The notes under the pieces are model-generated. The model saw nothing but the letters and a program-made list of their open reading frames with translations. It made no database searches and had not been told where the DNA came from. From Magallana gigas (taxonomy: Eukaryota): 64,000 nucleotides of DNA. Shown one piece after another: positions 35,125 through 48,300 of this stretch (the stretch's first letter is position 1; each line of letters begins with the position of its first letter). The position numbers were made by a program, and so were the translations under genes. The DNA lies in the NCBI RefSeq assembly GCF_963853765.1, contig NC_088858.1:10726001-10790000 (forward strand). The letters are read 5' to 3'.

Positions 35125-38100
35125 ATGGCAGGAGTTTTACTGAGACCAGGTTGTTTAAGGGTATGTGCAGCTTCAATTTTTATTATTTATGTAAATGAAA
35201 TGCAGTTTTATGTCTAGAAATTAGTAAAATTGGTCTCAGTGTGGCTGTCACCTGGACATTTGATGTGCACAGGATAATGCTGGAGGTCATTCCCATGGCC
35301 AAGTACTTAGCCAACTTGCAGCATAAATGATAATCGAACCACATGAGCCACATAATGCAAACATTAAACTTTCATGTTATTTTATCTAAAAATCATAGAC
35401 CTATGCAGGGACTTCAAAATTAACTGACATTTATAAAATTTATCAGAAACCTGTGAGGTAGGGGTTCAAACATTGTTGAATATATTGAAAATGTTCAACT
35501 TGCAATTAATGCAAGAAGAAAGTCATCTGTTTAAATGTATGCTATATAAATGCCTATGTATGCTGTCTTGCATAACAGTATGTTACTATGTTATGAAAGG
35601 AATGTCAGAAGAATGACTCAGTGAGGTCAAATTTTTAATTACACAAGAGAATAAATTTCATTTATGCAAATATATTTATTGACTACATTTTCTATGAAAT
35701 ATAAAAAGCTTGATTTACATTTCTTCTGGCTGTTTTTTCTTCCTTTAACCCTTTTTTCACAATCTTTTGCCATAGACCCTTGTCATCAGCTGAGGGTTAA
35801 AGTTTTTGGAGCACATGTTCCAAATTGATGTTATTAATTGTCATGTTGTTACCAAAATAGGATGGATGATACATCTGGTAGTACTTATGTACAATGACAT
35901 TACAGAGTTGGATGTTGAAATTGAGCCATAGGTCTCAGATGCTGGAGTAGGTTTTAGTGTTTAGGGCAGGTGCCCTGCGATGGCCAAATTTAAGTTATTA
36001 AAGGGCAAATCTTTTCCAAAGATAGATGACTGGTGCAATTATTTTCATTTTTATGCACTTTGCAGACTTGATTTCTCAATCTGAGCAGAAGGTTTTGGAT
36101 GCTGGTTAAGACTGTTAAAGCAGGTTCCCTGTGATGGCCAAATCTTGCATGGTTGTGACCCTTGTATATGTTTTTCTCATATACCTGGTAATACTATTAG
36201 ATATGGATAGATCTATACACTGATTTTTTTATGAGAGAAAGAAGGGTCAACTAGGTGCCTGTGGTTAATACTGGTTCTGTCCTCACCAAACATGGAAAGT
36301 GATGCACCGTCTTGTGATACCTTAAAGCTGAACATCGCTTGTAAATAGGCACTGTCCGCCATATTTCTCTCACACCACCATTATCCCTACAACCCCAATA
36401 TAAGCTGCAAACCTCTTAGCAGTTTAAAGTATTTTGCTGTAGAGGACTCGCCTGTGTGGACGTACATCTTGCCTGGGCGTGTTACCCGGTCACGATGAAA
36501 TTATCAAGTTTTATGCACTTTTTTCAAGCCAGGAGAATACTAACATCAAATAAACTGGTCAAAATAAAATATACAAATAGAATATGCACATAAAATAAGA
36601 ATTAAATGCATAAAATCCAAAGACCACGAAAGGAATACTACATGTCGGCCATGAGTTGTGCAATTGTGTGTAACGAAATAGAAGGGTTTATATACCATTT
36701 ACCTGTGTGACGGCGCCTATTTACGAGCAGTGTTCAGCTTTAAGAAATTGTTGAGGTAAACACTTGATGGTTGCCTTATACATGTGATGCCTCATCGAAA
36801 TTAGTGCTGTAATATTTGATAACTTCTGTTTTATATGGTATCATAAGCATTATTATTTAGTCATTTTTATGCTGTTTATTTGATGATTATTTTAAAATAA
36901 TTTGTTTGTTCTTTTTATTGTAAGGTTTCAGCTTTAAAGACTTTCAACAGATTTTACTCTGCAAGTGGAGCGGTAAGAATTTGACATTCTCATCCATAAA
37001 TGAAAACATAACTGGTTTGAATACAATAAAAACTCTAGCAGATATTATTTTTTTAACACAAAGGATATAATGTTTTATTTTAACAATGCAGTTGATTAAA
37101 TGATGGATTTATATGATGGAGAGTTTATTAATTTACAGTGTGATTCTTATTTCTGAATAATAAAACAGGAAAATGTATGTATAATAATGAACAATTATTG
37201 ATATAAAGATGTAAGTATTTTTATTTACCTTTAATTTCAGCCAACAACCAAGTTATTCATTGATGGAAAATTTGTGGAATCTAAGACAAACAAATGGATT
37301 GACGTTCATGATCCTGTAAGCCAAGTCATTTACTAAACTGAATCATATTTGTGGGAGCCATTTTGATAAATATTTGTTGGTTCAATAGGATGATGATATC
37401 CTTAAAGAAATCATTGAGTGTGATAGTATATTTGAGGACATCATGAGTAATCTGCTTATTCAGCAGTACTGTAAATTCCTAATTAACGCGAGGAATTAAT
37501 ATCCGCAAATATCTTGCAAATTCTAAAATATCGCTTTTAATTATGGGACACATGTAAACTACATGAAACTACGATAAAATTTTGGCATTTGGGATTTTAT
37601 GTTCTTGCGATTTGATGGTAAATCATTGAATCGTGGAATTAAACACTCGCGTAAAATAAGGAATCTACAGTATACATTGCATATCTGTATGAAAAATGGT
37701 TAAAAATGGTAAAAAAAAAAAATGGTTGAAACTTATAGTACCGGTAACATTAGATTTGATATTTGGTACATGCACATGTATGCTCAAATTTCTACCTATT
37801 TCACCAGTAAAACATTGGTATAATATTATGTTTAGATTTTATTTCACTTGGGATTTTAATATGTATGTCACTGTGTTTACTTTACAAATGATGACAGGCA
37901 ACAAATGAGGTGGTGACTCGGGTCCCAGAGTCAACACAGGATGAAATGGAGGCCGCGGTGGCGTCCTGTAAGAGGGCATTCGATGATTGGTCACAGACCA
38001 CCATTCTGACCCGCCAACAGTTGATGTTTAAGCTGCAGAATCTCGTCAGAGAAAACCTGGTAACTGCAATTAGTGTTATTCTTGGAAATATAGAATTGTC

Positions 38101-41100
38101 TATGAAATTTTTTAATTCCCTCGAAATTGTATTATATGTACCAGTAATAATGTTCCATTATGGGTATTTGAATGTTTTCAAAAATACTTCTCAAAGTTTT
38201 ATCAAACCATTGAACAACTCCAAATCTGTATATAGAGTCTACTGTTTGGTTATGGTAATAAAAAAAAGAGCTGTAGATCACCTGTTTGATTTAAACTACT
38301 TTTATGTAGCAATTTTTATATGTAGAAGTTTCCCCCAAGTGTTAGAAACACTGTACTACCACATGTATACCTATGTGTTTTCATATTTTGCATTCTCTAT
38401 TGTAGTCGGACATAGCCAAAAACATTACCAAAGAGCAAGGGAAGACCCTGGTGGATGCTGAAGGAGATGTGATGAGAGGGCTTCGTAAGTACACATAATC
38501 ATAAAGATAAAATGTGTTATTCTTTAGGTCAGTTTAAATTGTTTGAATCAGCATTTCCTCATATTTCTGATTATCAGAACTAGACAAGATGAAACAGAGT
38601 GCTTCAGAACAAGACAAGATGGAGCAAAGTGCAAGTAGATTATTTGATGAATAGTTGACAAATTAGGATTAATTCTTTACAGAGGTTGTGGAGCATTGTT
38701 GCAGTATTACCTCCCTTCAGCTCGGTGAGACCCTGCCTGGAATAGCCAAGGACATGGACACTATGACTTTCCGTGTTCCTCTCGGGGTCACTGCTGGAAT
38801 CACCCCATTCAACTTCCCTGCCATGATTCCTCTGTGGGTAAGGGATATATCAATCTCTCTATCTTGGTGGCATTACTTTGAATTGTGCTACAAATATGAT
38901 ACACAGCATGCAACTCTCAACCCAACGCTTGAGTTGAAATGAAAACCTTACAATATAAAATCCTTTGTGTTTTTATATGTTTGTCTATCTCAGTGTTGTC
39001 CCCGATTTTTTTAATGAACCATATAAATATGAGTTGAATTACAAACTTCTGTACATATTCCCTCTGCTGATGTATGACATTAAGATGTGACCATGCTGTG
39101 ATAGCGCTGTATACTGTGGATAGAGTAGATACATCAATATACATGTAATACTTGTAGATGTTCCCCATGGCCCTTGTCACAGGCAACACCAGTTTGATGA
39201 AGCCCTCCGAGCGTGACCCCGGGGCCTGTATGATGCTGATGGAGCTGGTCAAAGAGGCTGGATTCCCGGACGGAGTTGTCAATGTCATTCATGGCAGACA
39301 TGATTGTAAGACTGGAATCCGTTACAGAAAAAAAAATATGTTTCAAATGTATTTCAATCAGACATATCCAATGCAAGTGCATCTTTGAATGAAAAAATAA
39401 TTTAAAAGGGATTACAAAATCAAGAGGTAGAAATCATACAAGTACAGAATAAATATTTTGTGTTTCAGCTGTTAACTTTATTTGTGATCACCCTGAAATC
39501 AAGGCAATATCTTTCGTGGGATCTGACCAGGCGGTAAGTATAGTGTATTAACATATTATACATAGAGCATGTACCGGTAATACAAAAATGTTACTGATGA
39601 GATAACAAACTATTTACAATGTGCATCGAATATATATATTGATTACTATACATAACCTGGTATTGAAAAGTGTAGTTTAAAAAAAATCTGTCTATATCAC
39701 TTCTTTAAATATTTACTTTGTGTTGTAAATGTGGTTTGTATTTTGAATAATTTAATTCTGGTTGTAACACGCTTTCTGATTGGTTAAAAAATTTATTTTA
39801 TATCGTATAAAGAATGTTGCCTTTGTCGTAGTAAGACTAACGTCAAAAATGTATCAATCCGCCTGACGTTATGTTTGAATTTTGTACAATTTGATGTCAT
39901 TTTATAGATCAAATGACTGTTTTTATCAACAGTTGATAGCAAAAAAATGAAATATAAGGAATGAATTTAATATTTTTTAATTTTATACGATATAAAATGG
40001 TTTTGAACAGTTTACGCTGTTTTATAAACCGCTTCGCGGTTTATGAAGTGTAAACTGCCACAAACCATTTTATATCGTATAAAAGTAATAAATATTGAAT
40101 TCATTCCTTAATGGGATGGAAGAAATAATGACAGACCAGACTGCGATTTGAACCCGGGCCCCTCTGAATCTCTAGTCAGGTGCTCTACTAACTGAGCTGT
40201 CTGGCACCCGTATTCGAACATATGAGTGTAACAGTATTAAGAATTAGAAATGATATACAGTACTTTCTATGCTTGATTTCAGGGACAATACATCTACGAG
40301 AGAGGATCAAAGAATGGCAAGCGAGTGCAGTCCAACATGGTAAGATCAAGTACTGTTGTGGATAACCGAACGAATAATGGTGATACGTATAGATAGACAA
40401 TCTCATGTTTAACCTCTTTTATGTCACAGGGAGCCAAAAACCATGGTGTGATTATGCCAGATGCAAACAAAGAAAATTGTCTGAACCAGGTTAGATATGA
40501 AAAATTATTGCATTTACTAAGTTAGTGTGTGTAAAATGTACATGTATATTCTTAACTCAAGTGCTATAGTGAAGAAAATGCAAGATCTTTGTTATAAAAA
40601 AAATGGATTGAGAATGGATTCAATGTACTGTATAAACATGTATGTATATTATCTGGAGCAAATTTGTCATTATGAAAAGAGTGTAAGATCTTTGACTAGA
40701 CACGACACATGATGACCTAAATGCTATTGCATTTAGCTGATTTGCATACCTTTCCAACTACAAGTGCATCTTCAAGGTTTAAGTTTTTAGTCCAGCCGAT
40801 TGTATCTTTGTTAAATAAAATGTTATTTTTGATCTGTTTGGAGACTTACAGGTAGTAATCCTAAATAACAACATGATGTTTGATTCTTCGTCAGTTGGTG
40901 GGTGCCGCCTTTGGTGCAGCGGGTCAGAGATGCATGGCCCTGTCCACAGCTGTGTTTGTTGGGGAGGCCAGAAACTGGATCCCAGAACTGGTGGAGAAGG
41001 CCAAGAAACTGAAGGTCAATGCTGGTATGTGCAACACTCCATGCTGGGGGAGTAATTAAAGTAAATACTAAGTACAACACACATTCATGAACTTTGAAAA

Positions 41101-42490
41101 CTAAGAAACATCCAAAAACACCAAGTAAATGTAGTTTTGGGATAAATGAAGGATTTGAAAGCATTATCCGTATTCTCCATATACTGTAAGGCTGTTTATG
41201 GAATGCTGTAGGTCATGAGCCAGGAGCAGACTTGGGGCCTGTCATTTCCCCGGAGGCCAAGCAGAGGGTCTGTGACCTGGTGCAGTCTGGTATTGACCAG
41301 GGGGCCAAAATCCTGCTGGACGGAAGAGATGTCAAAGTGCCAGGGTACGAGAAGGGTAACTTTGTAGGACCAACCATTCTACACTACGTAAAGGTCAGTC
41401 ATAGTGTGGAAGACAGATACCAGGGTTTCATTTATATTTGTAGGCATTGATTTTCAAAGATTTGGAGAAAATAACAGTTTCAAGGATGTGTATATCAATG
41501 GCTCATGATCCTATTTATACAATATTATATAAGATACCGTATTTGCATTTCAATTAACATTTTATTTCATTGATGAACTCAACTAGAAATCCATGAAAAT
41601 TAGTTTTCAATGAATATTAACGAAACCAGAAAGTTTTCTGTTAGTAGAAATGAATGTTGAAAATGTATCCTATAAAATGAAATGAAATGAGCTATGACAA
41701 CATGTACATAAATTATTATGTTTATATTAGCCCGAGATGAAATGTTACACTGAGGAAATCTTTGGACCAGTTCTGGTGAGCATGGAGGTTGACACCCTGG
41801 ATGATGCCATTAAACTGATCAATGCTAATCCCTATGGCAACGGCACCGCCATCTTCACGACCAATGGCGCCACTGCTAGGAAATACACTATGGAGATCGA
41901 TGTGGGACAGGTTAGTATATCCAAGTTTGAGTATATCTATGTTTTGAGGACATCTAAGTTTGAGTACAAGTTTAAGTTTGAATACATGCGTCTCCAAGTT
42001 TTGAGTATATTCAAGTTGGACAATCATATGCCTTGTGAATTCCTGCTTTATCTGACATCTGGTCATTGTGTTTACAGGTCGGTGTCAATGTCCCTATCCC
42101 CGTGCCTTTACCAATGTTTTCCTTCACTGGATCCAGGGGGTCCTTCCGAGGGGACATGAACTTCTATGGAAAAGCTGTAAGTTATTAAGTTATAAACCTC
42201 ACATCATTACCCCTTTGTAAAAGCAAAAGGTAATAAGACCCTATTTCTTTTGGAAGATTCTTAAAAGACCATAATGCATTATAATAGAAAATACACACAT
42301 TCTTCAAGCGTTATATATGATTACCTGGTCTTTAATTTCCCAGTTACCAAATAGCATGTGTGAAATAATCTCTTTTTGATATGTACAGGGTGTCCAGTTT
42401 TACACACAACTGAAGACAGTGACCCAGATGTGGAGGTCGGACGATGCTACATTGTCTGGCTCTCAGACGGCCATGCCAGTCATGAGATAG
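35125..42490 (+). CDS. ALDH6A1: Methylmalonate-semialdehyde dehydrogenase (acylating), mitochondrial (525 aa)
   Basis: 15 exons (35125-35160, 36925-36972, 37241-37315, 37898-38059, 38406-38484, 38683-38837, 39158-39305, 39469-39533, 40283-40339, 40430-40489, 40895-41024, 41212-41393, 41731-41910, 42078-42176, 42389-42490; 1578 nt). Motifs: [42 protein letters not shown] (catalytic Cys), [31 protein letters not shown]. Confidence 0.98.
36326..36739. mobile_element. Kolobok-like MITE in ALDH6A1 intron 1
   Basis: About 30-bp TIR AGCTGAACA..GCT.GTAAATAGGC.C.GTC, AG...CT termini, and TTAA on both sides (36322-36325 and 36740-36743). Confidence 0.75.
37469..37670. mobile_element. Tc1/mariner-type MITE
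   Basis: TIR CTGTAAATTCCT..ACGCGAG / CTCGCGT..AGGAATCTACAG with TA flanks. Confidence 0.75.
39765..40110 (-). mobile_element. Second family of long-hairpin element
   Basis: Hairpin at 39955-40110 with apical CCGCTTCGCGG (GCGAAGC on the minus strand) and TTCTGATTGGTT (CCAATCAG on the minus strand) near 39775. Confidence 0.65.
40135..40205 (-). mobile_element. tRNA-derived repeat head (SINE-like or pseudo-tRNA)
   Basis: The minus strand reads GCCAGACAGCTCAGTTAGTAGAGC (A box) ... GGGTTCAAATC (B box) ... GTCTGGT with acceptor-stem pairing but an irregular anticodon arm. More degraded relatives occur near 53590, 54120 and 55200. Confidence 0.6.
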
Positions 42491-42844
42491 ACTTAAGGGC
42501 AGCAGATGTTTCCACTGGATTACTGATCAAATGATTCATTGTTATATATATTCACCATATTTTGTTGTGCTAAAGACTTAAAAGTGCTTATTTTACGAGA
42601 TTTCCCTTCACCGCTGTCATAATACACACACAATCATGTTTCACAGTTGTTATGTGGACATTCTAATCTTTTGATATTTGAGCGACTTATTGTGCATTTT
42701 TTTCTCAGAAAGCATTGAATGTTCCTTTTACATATGTTAAATGAAATATACATGTATATACATATACAGTGTATTTATGTAGAAATAAACATGATTTAAG
42801 TAGAGAATGGTTGTTTGATTGCTTTCACCTGCATGCAATAATAT

Positions 42845-43200
42845 ATAAATAGTGCCTGTTTGGGAGGGTAACAGTTGAAATTGACACCCCGAGAAAACCA
42901 TTGTCAACCGACGCGAAGCGGAGGTTGACAATGGTTTTCGAGGGGTGTCAATTTCAACTGTTATCCTCCCAAACAGGCACTATTTATTTTGTTATACTGA
43001 ATGTCTTTTTTAAAATTTTTAAGAAAATTTTACTGCTTTTATATAGGAATAACGTGAATTCTACAGCGAACCGTACGCGCATAAAACATTTTTTAATGTT
43101 ACCCGTTGCCAAGTGCGTTGCTAACGCTGAGGGTAATAGTAAATATTATTAACTGCGTCTTAACCAATCAGATTTCAGTATTTAACATGAAAGTATAACA
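42845..43200 (+). mobile_element. Long-hairpin non-autonomous element, copy 2
   Basis: Nearly identical to 12056-12420, including the hairpin, the GCGAAGC cap and the CCAATCAG end. Confidence 0.8.
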
Positions 43201-45336
43201 ATGTAATTTATTAGTGCAATTTATTTTTTTACCCATTAAATTGCACTCTTACCATATTGCATGTAGGTAACAACGGAATTTTGGCAAAATTGATTTTTCA
43301 ACAAGTTAGCCTAAATCTGATTCTATGCATTTTTACTACATACATGTACATGTACATGATAAGCCCAGCATTTGGAAATGTACGGTACTCAATTTGGTGG
43401 AAGCAACGGTCCATCATACAGTTCTGAATCATGGGGTATTTAATTATCCCCATTATAACATTTTAGATTCTAACAAATCGGAAATTTTAATATATCAATG
43501 GATGAATCAAACAGATAAGATTGCTCATATCTCTGAATGATAAAACTTATTTGGATTGCAGTGAACTCAAAAAGTTAAGTTGGTTACCGCACAAAGTTAA
43601 AACAATCCCTTGAAAATTTTAACTGTTGTTAAAAATGAGTTTATTTCTTAATTGAGGGTATCTTGACTCAATTATTCAACTAATGCAAAGCACAAAGGTA
43701 TAATGATGCAAATATTATCTGTACTTACTGCTTTATTTACCGGTAGATGTAAATACAACAGACATTAACTTGGCTACTTTTTTTATGAAATGTAGCAGTT
43801 ATAGTCCTTCTAATTTTTTTCTAGACACACAAAACACCACTGATGTAAATATTTACACCAAATTTTTCTTTCATATGTATGCATGCAACTGATGATTAAG
43901 GACAATGATTGACAAAAACATATGATGTACAAATGTACAAAATTACTATGTATTCAAAGATCAAGATATTGCTGAGAATAAATCAGTTGAGATAAAAACT
44001 TTCAATATCAATTCAATTCTAAATTCAGGGAGTGTAGCACATCCTGGGCACAGTGCCAACAACAAACCTATGATTCTTAATACATTATAAACTTTATCCA
44101 GTTTGCGTAGATACGAAAGTAGTCAGAGTAAAATTTTGAAAGAGATCAATAAATTTTATCAAAGTGGACAAATGCAGGAGAAAAACGAAAACAAAATCAA
44201 TCGTACATGTCTCCGACATAAAACATTCACTACATGAAAACTAAAACATCAAGCATTTATTGTATAATAAATCGCTGGAATACTAAACATATAGACCAAA
44301 ACAATAAGACTGCATTTGATTATATGTACATGTAAACAACCTCCCTGTAATCCTACAGGTACAAAGGGCAGTACGGAAAGTCCTGAACCTGCAGACTAAA
44401 AGGTTTAGATTTTTCCAACTCAAATATTTTACATAATCCTTGTGAAGTGATAAAAATGTACATAACTCATTCCTGGATTCAGTTCAGACATTCCCATGCA
44501 CACTGGAGGAATAAAATGAACACATTTGAAACGTGGTAGAGAAGATGTTGACAACGAAGATGATGATGATTACCAAAAATCAAAATGAAGAAGGTTTTGT
44601 AACCTTTCATGAAAATTGGGGAAGAAACATCATAGATAATGGCTTAAAATACATGAATAGTAAAAATATCGACTGCAAAAATGATAAAAACGTGAATGTA
44701 AAAAAACCAAACAAAATCCCAACGATTTTTCGTTATAGTTAACATTCACTAAATGTAAAATGATTCGATAATAAGTACTTATGCGATTGCAGTAAAATTT
44801 TCAGGATGATGTTTTTTTTTAACATAGATTTCCATAATATCAAAAACTGACTGGCTTTTGCAGGTATTCTTTAAAGGAATGACTTACTGATATTATTAGG
44901 TCTACCCTAACCCATTAACTTTACTTAGATTTATGAATGTAATTTGACTGACCATCACATCAGCTTAGGGAAAGTTTAGTAGAGATACCAGAAATTTAAA
45001 TATTATTATTATATCAAATTATTTTAAACCAAGAACTCTTGCAGATAACACTTTCAGAGGACATTTCCTATTTTTTGTTTTTGAGTGATTAGTCTTGCAA
45101 GTATGTTTTATGTTAAATTTCAAATAATACATTTTTTTCTGGATGACAGAGGAACAAAAAATGCTTTGAAAAATATTTAAACAAAAAAAACCTAGAAAAT
45201 AAGTATATGTATAACAATATAAATGATTACTGTTTTTGATGATAAAAGAAATGTGTATGTTTTTTTTTAACATTGACAAAACTAAATAAAAAAAAAAGTC
45301 TTCATGGCCATATTTCGACAGTCCATTTGATGGACA

Positions 45337-48300
45337 TTATAGTTTCTGCTGCATTTTCTTATTCTTCATAAACTTTCCCGCCTCTTTTCTGAGATCTCTC
45401 AGGTCTTGGGAATCCTCCGGAACATAGTCAGAGTCTTCCCCCTCGGGGTCTGCGTTCGAGGAGTTGGAATCAACGTCATCGTCGATAAAACTGTCATTGT
45501 AGTCGTATGTGTTTGGTAGTCCATCATCATCATCTCCAGTAGAAACCTTGCTAGCTGAAAAACCAATATTAAGAAGTGATCTATTAGCCTATTTACGATT
45601 GATGCACTACTATTATGGACGTGAAAAAAGTACAGCTGTAAAAAAAACTATACTGAAATTGCCTAAAATTGCAAAGAATATTATTGAAAATTTTTATGCA
45701 TATGAAATCTTTTATACTTTATAGTTTGAATTCTTTTATTCAGCATATAAATTCTATGGTAATACATTAGGTTTTTGAAAAGTATTTTTCAATCTAAAAG
45801 TCTGCTAAATTATTCAACATGTAGCAATGTGGGTTTTTTTCAGGTGTTTTTTTACCTAAAAAACTCTCAAGAATGACAAAAGTAAATGTATCAAGCAATT
45901 CATCACTGATTTATAGAAAACTTGTTAATTATGGATATCTGTTTGTAAGTACTAAATATGAAATACAAAAGTCTCAGAGCTTCACGGGGGCTCTACAACA
46001 AACCGTGGCTAAAAACATTCAAACTTTTATAACATATTAAATTGTTTGTCAATCAAGTCAGTAAAAATATGATTATATGAAATATAGTACATGTAAATGT
46101 TTATGAGTTTTCTACATTTACTAGGAGACACAACATTGTTTCTTTTTTAAAAGAAATTTGTGTAAAGAGGCTACAGACAAATATTGAATCTGTAGAGTAC
46201 TAGTAATTGGAGGTAATGCATACACTCTGTCCAAGGTTCCTGGGGTTTTGTCACTTTTTTGTGATTTCCATAATAATTTTACAGTTTTATTGGCTAACAA
46301 ATGTTGATACAGTAAAACTTAGTTACAGAAACCTTGGACAATATGATATGCACACAAAGCTATAGAGTTGACTAAGGCCATCATTACTTAATATTAGCTC
46401 TAGTACTAGTAAGTGTTTGGGAGGCTGTGCCAGCATACAACAGCTGACTGACCTACTGACCTTTCTTTGCTGATTGTGAGGACAGTTTCATTGCATGTGA
46501 AAACAGGCTTCCATGGCCAGGACTTATCCTAAAATTTCAGCAAATAATGCTCTTATTTTTATACTTAATGATTTCCTGACAAAATAATTGACATCAAATT
46601 AAAATATTAAATGAAATTTTATCTACCAGTTCATCAATATCAGCAAAGAGTCATTTCATTCTTTTAGGCATATCTAAACACAAAAAGAGACAAAGAAAAG
46701 CCTTTGCCTTTCTTTCCAAAATACTGTGGCTTCATCAGTTTTTGTTACAATCAATTTTTTGTGGCTTTTGTTGCAAAGCTGAACCAAGAAATCAAATGTT
46801 CATTGCATTAAGAAGAAGAAATGTTATTGGTAATGCTATAACTTGCAATTGTCCACAAATTTATGAATCAATAAATCCTTGAAAATGGCTGCCCTTGAAA
46901 ATTGGGCATGAATATAAAACCACAGTACATGAACCTACTTGACATCTTACAAAAGGTTTTTATACATATGAACAGAGACACGATAAACCTAGTAATCATG
47001 TATATGAAAACTGCACATCAATTTATGGAGTACATATAACTTTTGAGTTGTATATAGATACATGATGTACCACATATATCCTTATAGGATCGATTTAAAG
47101 GCAGCCATAAATCAAACCAACAAATTTTCCTTTTTTACATTGCTGTATTGCTTTTATGCATACTGTGTTGACCCAATAACCTGCACCAGAACTCACCTGT
47201 AGCTGTCGGAACCATATTGGTTGCTACCTTTATCCTCATCACTGGCTTCATAGCTCTCATCACCTGGATGGCAGTAGTCTTTAAAATGCACAGGATTTTT
47301 CCTAAAATATAATTTTTTGCTCTAATTTACTAGATCTGTTGAGGAATAATTTCAAAGCTACTGGCTTTATTAGAAGATTTGTTGCACACTTTTTTTTCAG
47401 TGTAAAATTCATGTCAATTACCTTGAGTTAATTTCCAAAAGTTATACTTCAAAAATTCATTTTCAAGTCAATTATCCTTGAAAACAAGTATGCAAATTTC
47501 CCCTATTTTTACCTGTAGCATTTTTTCCCAAACTGACAAGGACGGCGTCTCTTTTTCCCAGCAGGCTTAGCATCTTTTTTCTCCTTGCTGGAGGTTTCCT
47601 CTTCACTTTCACTCTCTGCCTTTGCTTTCTTCTTCTTTGGCTTTTCTTCCTCAGATTCCTCCTCTTCTTCCTCAGAACTCTGTTTCTTTTTCTTTGACTT
47701 TTTCTTCACCTCCTCTTCTGATTCTTCCTCCTCCTCTTCACTTTCCTCCTCCTCTGACTCCGATACATTCCTCCGCCTTCTTCCTTTTGCTGGTGTCCCT
47801 GTAAATTGTTTGTCATGAGTAAATAACCCGCCTTAAACCAACAAAACAACTTTCTACCTCCTGTTTGTTTCAAACTTACCTCGACCACGGCCTTTCTTTG
47901 GTGATTTCTTGGAAGGTTTCTCATCCTCTGAATCTTCTTCACTGTCGTCATCACGTTTGTAGGATTTGAATTTTTTGTTGGCAGACATGCTAGCCCTCCT
48001 CTTGGTGGGGCGAGGTACATATTCCTCATCATCCTCATCTGAGAAGTCTGATGTGTACCTCTTCTTTCTCCCGTGACGGGCGGATTTTCTTGTACCTTGT
48101 CTGGTTGGTTTCTGTTTCTATATGTGGAAATATTTGCATGTTATTTATAAATTTATTTTAATATCATATCTATTTTTTGTATTAAAATTAATTTAATATC
48201 CTCTGCATAAACTATTTACCATATATCCGTAATTTTCAACATGATCTAATTTTTGCTTTTTTCGCGATATTTTTTAAATCGCAAATTATTGAATACGCAG

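Noticed and set aside
40135-40205. Genuine tRNA-Ser(AGA) gene
   Set aside because: Irregular anticodon arm, no long variable arm as expected for tRNA-Ser, and degraded relatives elsewhere point to a repeat-derived pseudo-tRNA.
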